A stretch of 64,000 bases of DNA from Eledone cirrhosa (GCA_964016885.1 OZ024750.1:25172001-25236000), one strand, 5' to 3'; shown: positions 1-11,017, counted from the stretch's first letter. Program-made: numbers and translations. The notes: generated by a model not told the origin, from the sequence alone.

Positions 1-209
1 CTCTGTCTCTCTCTTTCTCTCCCCCTCTGTCTCTCTCTTTCTCCCCCTCCCTCTGTCTCTCTCTTTCTCTCCCTCCCTCTGTCTCTCTCTTTCTCTTCCT
101 CCCTCTGTCTCTCTCTCTCCCTCCCTCTCTCTCTCTCTCTCTTTGTATATCTCCCTCCCTCTCTGTCTTTCACCCTTCTTTCTCATTCTGTCTCTCTTTG
201 TCTCCCTCC

Positions 210-250
<41 letters not shown>
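1..250. repeat. (CT)n-rich microsatellite
   Basis: Continuous CT/CTCC low-complexity tract. Confidence 0.95.
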
Positions 251-253
<3 letters not shown>

Positions 254-404
254 CTCCCCCCCCCCCATTATACCCCCCATCTTCTGTTAAAGTGAGTGGG
301 TTACTCCATTGTCACTTTCTCACATTACCTCCCTATTTTCCTGTGGACAATTTTTCCAATTTTATTTTCCTGGCACTTCCTTTACCTCTCTTGATACAAG
401 CTGT

Positions 405-410
405 GACACA

Positions 411-455
<45 letters not shown>

Positions 456-613
456 ACACACACACACACACACACCACACACACACCACACACACACACA
501 CACACACACCACACACACACCACACACACACACACACACATACCACACACACACCACACACACACACACACACATACCACACACACACCACACACACACA
601 CACACATACCACA

Positions 614-677
<64 letters not shown>

Positions 678-760
678 CCACACACACACCACACACACAC
701 ACCACACACACACCACACACACATACCACACACACACCACACACACACCACACACACACA

Positions 761-806
<46 letters not shown>

Positions 807-825
807 CACACACACACACCACACC
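405..825. repeat. (CA)n/(CAC) compound microsatellite
   Basis: Near-pure CA repeat; explains the HT/CV ORFs at 292-907. Confidence 0.95.
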
Positions 826-1099
826 TTATAGTTGAGATATATATACACACACATAGTTGAGATAGATATATACACACATTATAGTTGAGATATATATATA
901 TATACATTATAGTTGAGATATATATATATACACATTATAGTTGAGATATATATATATACACATAGTTGAGATATATATATATACACATAGTTGAGATATA
1001 TATATATACACATAGTTGAGATATATATATATACACATTATAGTTGATATATATATATACACACATAGTTGATATATATAGATATATGCATTATAGTTG

Positions 1100-1130
<31 letters not shown>

Positions 1131-1393
1131 TTATAGGTGATATATATATATATATATATATAACGAAGGAAATGTGGTAAGGAACCAGGTGGACCATAAC
1201 GCACCAAAGTACTCAATACTTGAGGTAGTAGAGTGGGTAATAGGAACCAGTAAGACCCCGACAGCTGAGCTCAAGCCGTTTCGACGGCTAATTCTGGACC
1301 GTCCAGAATTAGCCGTCGAAACGGCTTGAGCTCAGCTGTCGGGGTCTTACTGGTTCCTATATATATATATATATATATATATATGCATTATAG

Positions 1394-1447
<54 letters not shown>

Positions 1448-1471
1448 TTATAGGTGATATATATATACATA

Positions 1472-1505
<34 letters not shown>

Positions 1506-1745
1506 TTATAGGTGATATATATATATATATATATGCATTATAGGTGATATATATGTGTATATATATATATATATATGCATTATAGGTGATATATATATAT
1601 ATATATATGCATTATAGGTGATATATATGTGTATATATATATATATATATATGCATTATAGGTGATATATATATATGCATTATAGGTGATATATATGCAT
1701 TATAGGTGATATATATATATACATTATAGTTGAGATATATATACA
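826..1745. repeat. (TA)n-based minisatellite (cattatagttgaga / gcattataggtga + TA runs), interrupted at ~1162-1360
   Basis: Repeated short motif separated by variable TA runs. Confidence 0.9.
1162..1360. mobile_element. Penelope-like/retrozyme-like remnant ending in a perfect 60-bp fold-back palindrome, with hammerhead 3' half
   Basis: 1240-1299 is the exact reverse complement of 1301-1360. It contains GAAACGGCT-tgagctc-AGCTGTC (stem III plus GUC). A homologous copy lies at ~27700-27818. Confidence 0.6.
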
Positions 1746-2019
1746 TATATACACACACACATCTTTATACTTGTAGACAACTAAAACTGTATTCACCTAT
1801 AAGGTACTGATTGCTGATAGACAAATAATTGCTATGATTAGGATAAGAGGCTGTAAAAAGAGAATTGAGGTTGTAATTTATATATAAAAGTCTTTGATGG
1901 TAGATAGTGATAGAACAATAAATAAGATAAGTAGATGAGATGGAGTGATGTTAGAGTAACATCAGATTGAATGATTTCATGCCTGGATGGATAGGTAGAT
2001 AGATAGATGGATAGGTAAA

Positions 2020-2295
2020 TTTCTTTATTAGCCACAATGGCACAAAAGAAGGGGACAAATACAAATGGGGAGTTTACATACAGGTATATGAAAATAAAAC
2101 TATTAATAAAATAACAAATAACAATTGAAATCCCCAATAGGGGGCAGGCGTTACACAGGGGTTGTACACACCCCGAAAAAAAATGTACAACCCTCATCTC
2201 CAGGAGCACCAAGAGTGAGTACTCCCTTCCTATCTTCCTCTTTTTCCTCAACCTACAGGCTTATATAGAGAGAAGGCCCAACCACTCGGGCCATC
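2020..2295 (-). mobile_element. L1/Tx1-like LINE 3' end, copy 1
   Basis: Paralogous to 2385-2660; ends in AATAAAGAAA on minus; flanked by (TAGA/TGGA)n. Confidence 0.6.
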
Positions 2296-2384
2296 TTAGA
2301 TGGATAGATAGGTAGATAGATAGATGGATGGATGGATAGACAGACAGATAGATGGATGAATAGGTAGCTAGATAGATAGATATG

Positions 2385-2760
2385 TTTCTTTATTAGCCAC
2401 AGGGGCACAAAAGAAGGGGACAAATACAAAGGGGGAAGTTTACATACAATAAAAACGTGTAAAATACTATCACAAATGCAATTTAAAAATTAATCGATTT
2501 TCCCCAATAGGGGGAAATATTACATATGGGTAACACATACCCCCGAAAAAATGTGCAACCCTCATCTCCAGGAGTACGAAGAGTGAGTACCCCTTTCCTC
2601 TCTTCCTCCTTTTCCTCAACCTACAGGCTGATATAGAGAGAAGGCCCATTCACTCGGGCCATTCTCGCCACTTTCACCCACCTTTCATAAAACTTGCTGG
2701 GGTACAGCACCTCTCTCTCCACCCTGATTCTTCTTCCAAAGTGGTATTTGAAAAAAAGAT
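2385..2760 (-). mobile_element. L1/Tx1-like LINE 3' end, copy 2, with ORF2 C-terminus
   Basis: Minus frame FFKYHFGRRIRVEREVLYPSKFYERWVKVARMARV* resembles a Tx1-type ORF2 C-terminus; followed by 3' UTR and AATAAA; inserted in (GATA)n. Confidence 0.6.
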
Positions 2761-2883
2761 GCATAGATAGGTAGATAGACAGATGGATGGATAGACGAAT
2801 AGACAGATATATAGATGGATAGTTGGATAGATAGATAGATAGATAGATAGATATAGACAGACATGCGCGCGTGCACATACACA

Positions 2884-2927
<44 letters not shown>

Positions 2928-2929
2928 AT

Positions 2930-3172
2930 AGGAATTTAGATCAATATACAATAATTTTGTTGCACCACAACTGCTCAACAAAGACAGGTGTGAATAAAAC
3001 CTTTATCAGAACGAACTGTTAAACGATGTTTGGGAAACAAAAATACTTGAATATTATAAAACATAAAACCAAGCCGGTGAAAATAGTGGTGGTAAGCATT
3101 TCAACAGTTTAATAGATAAACTTTATATACTTACATTAGTAAATCACCTAGACTGCACAGTTTCGAGCCTTG
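2930..3172 (-). mobile_element. Penelope-like remnant with hammerhead 3' half
   Basis: Minus strand reads ggctc-GAAAC-TGTGCA-GTC-taggtg (~3145-3170); no CUGANGA; the other end abuts (TA)n. Confidence 0.4.
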
Positions 3173-3252
3173 AAAAAACTTACTAACCCATGCTAGCAAA
3201 CTTACTAACCCATGTTAAATAGTGATGGTTATGTTGATGATGATGATGTTAT

Positions 3253-3480
3253 TATCATCATCATCACTTTACGGTTGCTTTTCCCTGCTTGCAAGGATGG
3301 GACGGGTCCTTTTCAGCACAACATCTCTCCATCCATTCGTCACGGTCCTTCGTCATCTCCTCTGTGAGCTTCAGCAATCTGAGGTCAGCTCTCACCACCT
3401 CCGTCCGTGAATTTTGTGGTCTTCTTCCACTGCGTCTTCCTTCCACTGGGATTTCTTGGCACTTCTTTACCCAGCGGTCT
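3253..3480 (-). mobile_element. RTE-clade LINE 3' fragment (short-tail subfamily B)
   Basis: KKCQEIPVEGRRSGRRP..RADLRLLKLTEEMTKDRDEW ORF2 end; CCTTGCAAGCAGGGAAAAG 3' end; (TGA)n tail. Paralog at 40020-40265. Confidence 0.85.
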
Positions 3481-3515
3481 TTATATATATATATATATAT
3501 ATATATAATAAAAGT

Positions 3516-3640
3516 GAAGCTGTGTGGCTGAGTGGTTAGAGAATTGGATTCACAGTCATGAGGTTGTGAGTTCGATTCCCGGACTGGTTGATGCGTTATG
3601 TCCTTGAGCGAGCAAGACACTTTATTTCATGTTTTGCTCC
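3516..3640 (+). mobile_element. tRNA-derived SINE head fragment (family A head)
   Basis: A-box TGGCTGAGTGG, B-box GTTCGATTCC, then the tccttgagcaagacact core-like motif. Confidence 0.75.
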
Positions 3641-3732
3641 TTCTACATGGATTTGCGACCGATAGATAGTATTAGCAATTGGAAAGACCAATGTCGATTG
3701 ACTGTCTATATATATATATATGTATATATATA

Positions 3733-4010
3733 TCATCATCATCATTGTTTAACATCTGTCTTCCATGCTAGCATGGGTTAGAAGGGAATTGTCCCACTTG
3801 AGACAAGATTGGTCAGGTGACTGTGTCTTGCTCGTATAGGACTGTATCTGGCAGGTTTTCTATGACTGGATGCCCTTCCTAACACCAACCACTTTTACAG
3901 TGTAGACTGAGAGCCTTTTTACCATGTCTCCTACACAACCACTTTACAGCGTGGACTGGGTGCTTTTTGTTGTGACACCTACATGACCACTTTAGTATGG
4001 ACTGGATGTT
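3733..4010 (-). mobile_element. RTE-tailed non-autonomous element fragment (module + tail)
   Basis: ggatgcccttcctaacacc motif, 48-bp module copies, (CAT)n tail. Confidence 0.75.
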
Positions 4011-4059
4011 CTGTGGTACATATACACACATATACATATATTTTATATATATATATATA

Positions 4060-4401
4060 TATTACTTCAAAATATTAATAAATATAGACATTCATGCGAT
4101 CAAATATATTTTATTATACATATTTCAGAGGTACTGAGCTATTTCATCAGTACATCCTCATCAGATAAAATAAATTGATGTCTGACATACCTCAACTGTG
4201 CTAATAGTTCAATTCCAGTCTTGAAATAGCTCAGTACCTCTGAAATATGTATAAGAAAATATATTTGATCACATGAATGTCTATATTTATTAATATTTTG
4301 AAGTAATATTAATAACTCCAGAAAACCTCTTTGTTGAGTGCTTCTAATCTATTGTAAAACTTTATTCATTGATTAATCAATGAACCTTGTTAAACTTTTG
4401 G

Positions 4402-4402
<1 letters not shown>
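4060..4402. mobile_element. Penelope-like pLTR/retrozyme-like element with internal inverted duplication
   Basis: ~4060-4146 is inverted at ~4222-4308; hammerhead on minus; flanked by (TA)n; related to 5073-5265 and 10780-10978. Confidence 0.7.
4107..4172 (-). ncRNA. Type I hammerhead ribozyme motif
   Basis: Minus strand: UAUUUUAU-CUGAUGA-GGAuGUACUGA(loop)UCAGUACcUCU-GAAA-UAUGUA-UA|AUAAAAUA; 8-bp stem I, intact core, AUA triplet. Confidence 0.75.
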
Positions 4403-4472
<70 letters not shown>

Positions 4473-4502
4473 TATTAATAAAATAGATGTTCTTTTGATC
4501 AA

Positions 4503-4504
<2 letters not shown>

Positions 4505-4534
<30 letters not shown>

Positions 4535-5070
4535 TGTTTAACGTCCATATTCCACGCTTGCATGGGTTTGGACGGGAGTTTTCCCACTTGAGGCAAGAGT
4601 GGTTGTCTTGCTCGTATAGGACTGTCTGGCGGGTTTTCTACAGCTGGATGCCCTTCCTAACACCAACCACATTTACAGTGTGGAACTGGGAGGTTTTTAC
4701 CGTGTTACCTACACGGCCACATTACAGCGTGGACTGTGTGTTTTTTTGTTCTGACACCTACACGATCTCATTTGTTTCGGGCTGGATGTTGTGGTACCAA
4801 CATAACTTTACATTGAAAGGGGTGGTGTGGATGGGGTGGGGGTAGTGGGACGAGGGTGTATTTTGTTAGAGGTGCCTACTGACTGTAGTAGGTTTCACTT
4901 TGTACTTAGGTAAGACGGGTCTTCTCTATTACTGTGTAGCGCCAAAGATCTCAATCCAGTGACATTGTCTTGGAGAGGTGTAAGTGTGTGAGGTCGGAAT
5001 TTATCAAGTCATCCCAGGTTTTTCTGGGTCTGCCTACTCCGTGGCTTCCGTCTATTTTTATTGCCCTGCA
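4505..5070 (-). mobile_element. RTE LINE subfamily A, 5'-truncated 3' end with long 3' UTR
   Basis: CRAIKIDGSHGVGRPRKTWDDLINSDL matches the 11.5-kb ORF2 end; same 3' UTR; (CAT)n tail. Splits a hammerhead-element fragment (4470-4504 / 5073 onward). Confidence 0.9.
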
Positions 5071-5072
5071 TA

Positions 5073-5265
5073 TACATTTTATTATACATATTTCGGATGT
5101 ACATCCAAAATATGTATAATAAAATGTAATTGATGGAAAGAACATCTATTTTATTAATACTTATATTAATAACTCCTGAAAATTATTTACAGTTGAGTGC
5201 TTCCAATCTACTGTAAAACTCATTCTTTGAGATAATCATCGAATATTGTTTAACAACTTAATACT
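5073..5265. mobile_element. Hammerhead-element remnant with 28-bp fold-back palindrome
   Basis: 5073-5100 and 5101-5128 are inverted (1 mismatch), centred on ggatgt|acatcc (stem II); downstream part is homologous to 4300-4400. Confidence 0.65.
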
Positions 5266-5913
5266 TATATATATATATATATATATATATATAAGAGAGA
5301 GAGAGAGAATCACATGCACAAAATATTGAAAAGTTTCATAAGATATTGAAACGCAGAAGAATTAGTGTGAACTAGCATATTGAACATACTTAACCAATAA
5401 GCAAGTATTAATAAACCCTAATAAATCTAATTTTGTGCTTCTGCATACGTGTGCTTTCATATTGGGTTTATTATTAGTTAAGTTCAATAAGTGTGACTAC
5501 AGGCAAGATAACAGATGCTGGTTTTTATTGGTTATTATCAGGTCATGATGTAAAACAGTCTCGTAAATAGAAAAACCATTGATATGAATAGATTCGACAT
5601 TTCTTTTGGTAATTTCAAAGAAAATATAAAAATAAATATCTATTGGAATTGGAGAAATTCCCAGAATATATCAAGGTATTGATTTTGTTTCTGTAACTCC
5701 TTCATCTTACCTCCTCCTCTCACAGACAGCTCAAAAGCAATTCGATTTTACTACATTTACACACTCTCTCACACACACACTCTCTCTCACACACACACTC
5801 TCTCTCACACACACTCTCTCTCACACACACTCTCTCTCACACACACTCTCTCACACACTCACACTCACACACTCACTCACTCACACACACACACTCACAC
5901 TCTCACACTCTCA

Positions 5914-5970
<57 letters not shown>

Positions 5971-5984
5971 GAAATTCATTAACT

Positions 5985-6160
5985 GTTGTTGTTGGAGGAT
6001 GTCTGTTTACATTGGTATCTGTTGTTGTTGTTGTTGGAGGATGTCTGTTTACATTGGTATCTGTTGTTGTTGTTGTTGGAGGATGTCTGTTTACATTGGT
6101 ATCTGTTGTTGTTGTTGTTGTTGGAGGATGTCTGTTTACATTGCTGTCTGTTGTTGGAGG
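5985..6160. repeat. ~51-54 bp minisatellite, about 3.5 copies
   Basis: (ttg)n-gaggatgtctgtttacattggtatc repeats. Confidence 0.9.
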
Positions 6161-6252
6161 ATCATGTCCGACATTCTCTGTTTTATTGATTCATTACAAT
6201 CATTAGACTTACTAATTAAAAATAATACAAATTAAAGATAGTTGATGATATA

Positions 6253-6430
6253 ATAATTGTTTCTATTTTAGGCACAAGGCCAGCAATTACTGGTACATTA
6301 CTGGTACTTTATTTTATCGATGCTGAAAGGCAAAGTTAACCTCGGCGGGATTTGAACTTAGATCATAAAGGGACATAACTCTATGCTTCAAAGCATGGTG
6401 TCTGACTCTCTACCGATACTGCCGATCCAC
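6253..6430 (-). mobile_element. tRNA-derived SINE family B (Meta-domain-like body, ATT tail)
   Basis: Reverse complement of the consensus gtggattggcagtatcggtag...gttcaaatcccgccgaggttaactttgcctttc...gtagaaacaattatt. Confidence 0.85.
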
Positions 6431-7018
6431 AATAATATATTCTTATTGTTATACTTTGGGAGGGTCATGCTGCCAATAAAAACACACGCATCTGTTAGTT
6501 TCCACTTCAATTTATTATAAGTTTCCCGTTGGTTGGTTGGTTCAATAACCAGAAGGTGTGTTTATATGTTGTCAAAGCTCTTTTGTCACACATTCTGTGA
6601 TTTCCTCAGTGACTATTTTTTTTAATTTTGTGTCTCTTCTTTTTTGTTCTGTCCTACACCATCTTGTTTTTGTGTGTTGTGTGCTTAGTATAAAAATATC
6701 AGTTTCAACACGTTTTCAGATAAGAAATCTTGCAAAACAAATTCAAAAACGAATATATTCTTAATTCATCATTTACAGAAAAAAATATTAAAAAAGGAAA
6801 AAAAAAACAAACAAAAAAAAACAAGAAAACGTGTTAGTCTGTGATTTATAATTTTAGGCAAAAGTCATGAGAATAGCTAACTAGATAGTCAGCTACTGTT
6901 CAATTCAAGGTTATAAGTTCAAACTCTGGTACTGATATGATATCCAGAGACAAAATACTCTCTTTGCTTCTCCTATTTTCTATCTTTTCACTGGTATTCA
7001 AGTGTCGGCTGTTAATAA

Positions 7019-7224
7019 CCCTTTAGCATTTAAACTGGCCATATCCGGCCACAATTCTCTCACTTCCTTCTCTTCAAACCAGCCATAATCAGCTGCTCAT
7101 ACTTATGTTAAAGTATTGTTGATAAAATAATATCAAAATCTCATAGATTTGATATTATGTGAGATAATTATGTGAAGTGTTTGCCGTGAAAATATAATAG
7201 TAAATATAGAGTAATGTAAATGCT
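7019..7224 (-). mobile_element. piggyBac-type MITE copy
   Basis: CCCTTTAGCATTTA terminus; homologous to 41531-41751, opposite orientation. Confidence 0.75.
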
Positions 7225-7257
7225 CATTCCATACTATTTTCATTCCATACTATAAAC

Positions 7258-7597
7258 CAGAGGTTCTCAAACTTTTGGGACCAGCCCCGTAATACTCACG
7301 GCCACGTAATACTCTCAGCACCCCCACCCCTATTTCCAGAGAGACCTGCCTACATGCAAATTGTAAATAATATATAATAAATAAAATCGTTAATTTATAT
7401 ATAATAAATAATATAATATGTATAAATAAATATATATTTTTTATTTTACTATATTTATATATACTATGTATCATTTGATATTTAATATACTATTATATCA
7501 TCTCTACCACCCCCTCACCAGCCCCTTAGGTCTCAGATCCCCCTGGACTTTCTCAATGCTCTCTGAGGGGCAGTAGTGCCCACTTTGTGAACTTCTA
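7258..7597. mobile_element. hAT-type MITE
   Basis: TIR CAGAGGTTCTCAAACT / degenerate ACTTTGTGAACTTCT; inverted homolog at 48475-49195. Confidence 0.7.
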
Positions 7598-8245
7598 CAT
7601 AGATTATTTCATATGAAATAAATCATAGATTTTGTTATATTTAGGTAGGGTCATTTTTGCCAATAAAAAATACATGTATTATTTAACTTTCACTTTAACT
7701 TTATTATTATTAGGTTTCGTTTATTGGTTATTTTGTCAAAGCTCTTTTGTCACACATTCTGTGGCCTCTTCAATGACTATTTGTTATTCTTCTCTGTGTC
7801 TCTTATCTGTTTCATCACATGATTTCACATCAAGAGTCTTGCCAATTAAATACATAAATGATAGATTGTTTCATATAAAGGGTATCCAGCTATAGAAAAC
7901 CTATCAAACAACAGGTTGGGAGGAGCCTTCAGTTGTGTCAAAGACAAGACAACCTCCCTAGTGCTGGTGGTCTACAGAATAAAGGATTACCCGGTACACT
8001 TCTGTAAGGTGGTTGGTGATAAGGATATCCAGCTGTAGAAAATCTGCCGAATAAAGGACCGTGAAAATTCTTCAGCTATGTCAAAGACATGAGAACCTCC
8101 CTAGTGTTGGTGGCACAATACAATGCACTTGGTAGAGCACAGGATCGTATATTGAGCTGTCGCACATCTGGGGAGTCAGAAGCTCTACTGACTGGTCTGT
8201 GATGACACGTGCATGTCTGGCTAACAGAAAAAAAACAGGCATTAA

Positions 8246-8465
8246 CACTTCACCATTTACATTACTCTATATATACTATTGTATTTTTGTGGTAAAGGCT
8301 TTATCTCAAATAGTATTTCATATGATATCGAATCTATGAGATATTGATGTTATTTATTTTGAGAGCAATACCTTAACATCAGTATGAGTGGCCAGTTATG
8401 GCCGGTTTGAACAGAAAGAGGTGAGAGAATTCTGGCTGGATACAGCTGGTTTAAATGCTAAAGGG
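8246..8465 (+). mobile_element. piggyBac-type MITE copy
   Basis: TTAA on both sides; right TIR TAAATGCTAAAGGG. Confidence 0.8.
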
Positions 8466-8621
8466 TTAAACAATGATGATGAAGATTCTAGATTATTTCA
8501 TCTAATATAAATACTTTTCTTAAACCTTTCTCTATTTTCTTCTCTTCCTAACTCCTTATTTACTTGATAAATAATTTGTTTATATATGATTAATATTGTT
8601 GTTTTTGTTCTTCAAATTAAA

Positions 8622-8842
8622 CCCTTTAGCATTTAAATTACTCTATGTATACTATTATATTTTCATGGTAAACGCTTTATTTCACATAATTATCTCACAT
8701 AATATCGAATCTATGATATATTGATATTGTTTATTTTGAGAACAATACCGTAACATAATTATGCGCAGCCAGTTTTAGCTGGTTTGAACAGAAAGAGGTT
8801 AGAGAATCCTGGCTGGATGCGGCCAGTTTAAATGTTAAAGGG
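8622..8842 (+). mobile_element. piggyBac-type MITE copy
   Basis: CCCTTTAGCATTTA ... TAAATGTTAAAGGG followed by TTAA. Confidence 0.8.
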
Positions 8843-8848
8843 TTAAAC

Positions 8849-9008
8849 CAGTCATGGGCAAACTGCGAGCCCTTATACGGCCGGTTTGGCTTTCTGAATG
8901 GCCCGCCTAATTCCAAAATTGCCTTGAATTTTTTTTAGTAGTGCAGCCTGCCATATGATAAGCCACATCCTATGTGGCCCACTGCCCGAAAAAGGTTGCC
9001 CATGCCTG
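8849..9008. mobile_element. hAT (Charlie-like) MITE with perfect 8-bp TSD
   Basis: TIRs CAGTCATGGGCAAACT / AGGTTGCCCATGCCTG; GGTTAAAC duplicated at 8841-8848 and 9009-9016. Confidence 0.9.
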
Positions 9009-9192
9009 GGTTAAACCTTTCTCTATTTTCTTCTCTTCGTAACTCCCTATTTACTTGGTAAATAATTTGTTTGTTTATGTATGAATAATATTGTTGTTTG
9101 TTGTTCTTTAAATCTAAACATTTTGCCTGTAACATTGCATATAACAGATTCAATATAAATATTTATTTCTATATATTTATTTAATTTTTCAG

Positions 9193-9313
9193 AGTTGAAC
9201 TAGCAAATAACTGTGTAAAATGGGGCTGTCAGTTTTGTTTTCTTTGCAAAATGACTGCAAATGCTTCAAATGTTGTGTTGGAACCATGTATATGCAGAGT
9301 ATCAATACGGAAG
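9193..9313 (+). other. Candidate 121-nt exon (coding or lncRNA), product unknown
   Basis: Acceptor tttaatttttcAG, donor AAG|gtaaat, unique sequence; one frame is open throughout (VELANNCVKWGCQFCFLCK...). Confidence 0.3.
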
Positions 9314-9424
9314 GTAAATATCTGGAAATCTTATCCTTAACTTCATTCCTGTAATTAATGTCTTTCGCACTTCCCCTAACACCGACCCCCATCACATTTC
9401 TAGCATATTTCCCCCACACCCCAT

Positions 9425-9665
9425 CTCATTTCTCTCAAACCTCCCAGACCCACCCAGACCCACTACCCCCACATTTCTCTCAAACCTCCCAGACCCACCC
9501 AAACCCACTACCCCCACATTTCTCTCAAACCTCCCAGACCCACCCAAACCCACTACCCCCACATTTCTCTCAAACCTCCCAGACCCACCCAGACCCACTA
9601 CCCCCACATTTCTCTCAAACCTCCCAGACCCACCCAGACCCACTACCCCCACATTTCTCTCAGGC
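9425..9665. repeat. 45-bp C-rich minisatellite, about 5 copies
   Basis: ccacatttctctcaaacctcccagacccacccaaacccactaccc repeats. Confidence 0.95.
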
Positions 9666-10359
9666 TTCCTCCACTCCACCCTTTCCATTTCTCTCGCACC
9701 CCTACCCCCCTCGTTCCTCATACCCCCCCCCCCCCCGCCCATTCCTCATACTTCACCTACCCCCACACCCTCATTTTTTCTCATACCCTCATACCTCCAC
9801 CACTACCCCCTACCCTACTAAAGTCACTTCCCACCCATTAAAAAAAAATTGTAACTCTCTCAAGTTACTCTCTTTTTAGTTACTCTCTTCCTCTCTCACT
9901 CTAGTTAATCTCTCTCCCTCTCTCACTCTAGTTACTCTCTCTCCCTCTCTCACTCTAGTTACTCTCTTCCTCTCTCACTCTAGTTAATCTCTCTCTCTTA
10001 CTCTAGTTACTCTCTCTCAAGTTACTATCTCTCTAGTAACTCTCTCCCTCTCTCACTCTAGTTAATCTCTCTCTGTTTCTCTCTCTCCACCTCTCTCTCT
10101 CTCTCTGTGTAAAACTTCTAAAAAAACAAACTCTCTATAATATATTATCTTTGAATCATCAGTTTTTTTTCATTTCATTTTATATATGTTTATTATCATT
10201 ATTATTATTTATATTTTTATGCAGCTTTGCAAATGGTAATCCTGCCAGGTGCAAGATTTTTCCTTTGGGGCAATTATCTTTAAAAGGGTACAAATAAGGA
10301 TTTGTAGAAAAAAAAATGTTGATACTGTAAATGTTGGGATATTGTAGAAAATGGTTCTA

Positions 10360-10401
10360 TATATGTATATACATATATATATATATAGTAGTTAAGGTAT
10401 A

Positions 10402-10434
<33 letters not shown>

Positions 10435-10724
10435 GCACACACATACACACATGTGTATATACACACATATATATATACACATATCTGTATATACACATAT
10501 ATACACACACATATCTGTATATACATATATCTGTGTATATACACACACACATCTGTATATATACACATATATATGTATATACACACACACACATCTGTAT
10601 ATATACACACATATATGTATACACACACACATATATGTATACACACACACACATCTGTATACACACACATATAGTCTTACCCATACTAATGTGGAAGATG
10701 GTATATATATGTTTGTATACACAC

Positions 10725-10778
<54 letters not shown>
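10360..10778. repeat. TA/CA/TG compound microsatellite
   Basis: Low-complexity dinucleotide mosaic. Confidence 0.9.
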
Positions 10779-10779
10779 T

Positions 10780-10978
10780 AAAGTGTTAAACAATATTCAA
10801 TGAGTATGTCAAAGAATGAGTTTTACAGTAGATTGACTACCTTGATTAAATCTTAACCATTTAACATCTCAGGGTATGTCATGTATCATATTTTGTCTGA
10901 TGAGGACGTACTGTTGTACTTCCGAAATATGTATAATAAAATGTAATTGATCAAAAGAACATCTATTTTATTAATATT
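10780..10978 (+). mobile_element. Penelope-like/retrozyme-like element fragment (inverted 3' segment + hammerhead)
   Basis: 10780-10835 is the reverse complement of the downstream segment seen at ~5205-5260; followed by a full hammerhead; flanked by microsatellites. Confidence 0.7.
10888..10944 (+). ncRNA. Type I hammerhead ribozyme motif
   Basis: AUAUUUUGU-CUGAUGA-GGAcGUAC(UGUU)GUACuUCC-GAAA-UAUGUA-UA|AUAAAAUGU; 9-bp stem I with G-U pairs, intact core. Confidence 0.8.
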
Positions 10979-10980
10979 TG

Positions 10981-11017
<37 letters not shown>

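Noticed and set aside
292-1197. Long His/Thr and Cys/Val ORFs (also 10331-10789, 25483-26116, 43721-44411)
   Set aside because: Translations of CA/TG/TA microsatellites, open in many frames at once.
1221-1242. TGAGGTAGTAG, matching the let-7 5' end
   Set aside because: Diverges after 11 nt, has no pre-miRNA partner arm, and the paralog at ~27750 reads TGGGGTAGTAG.
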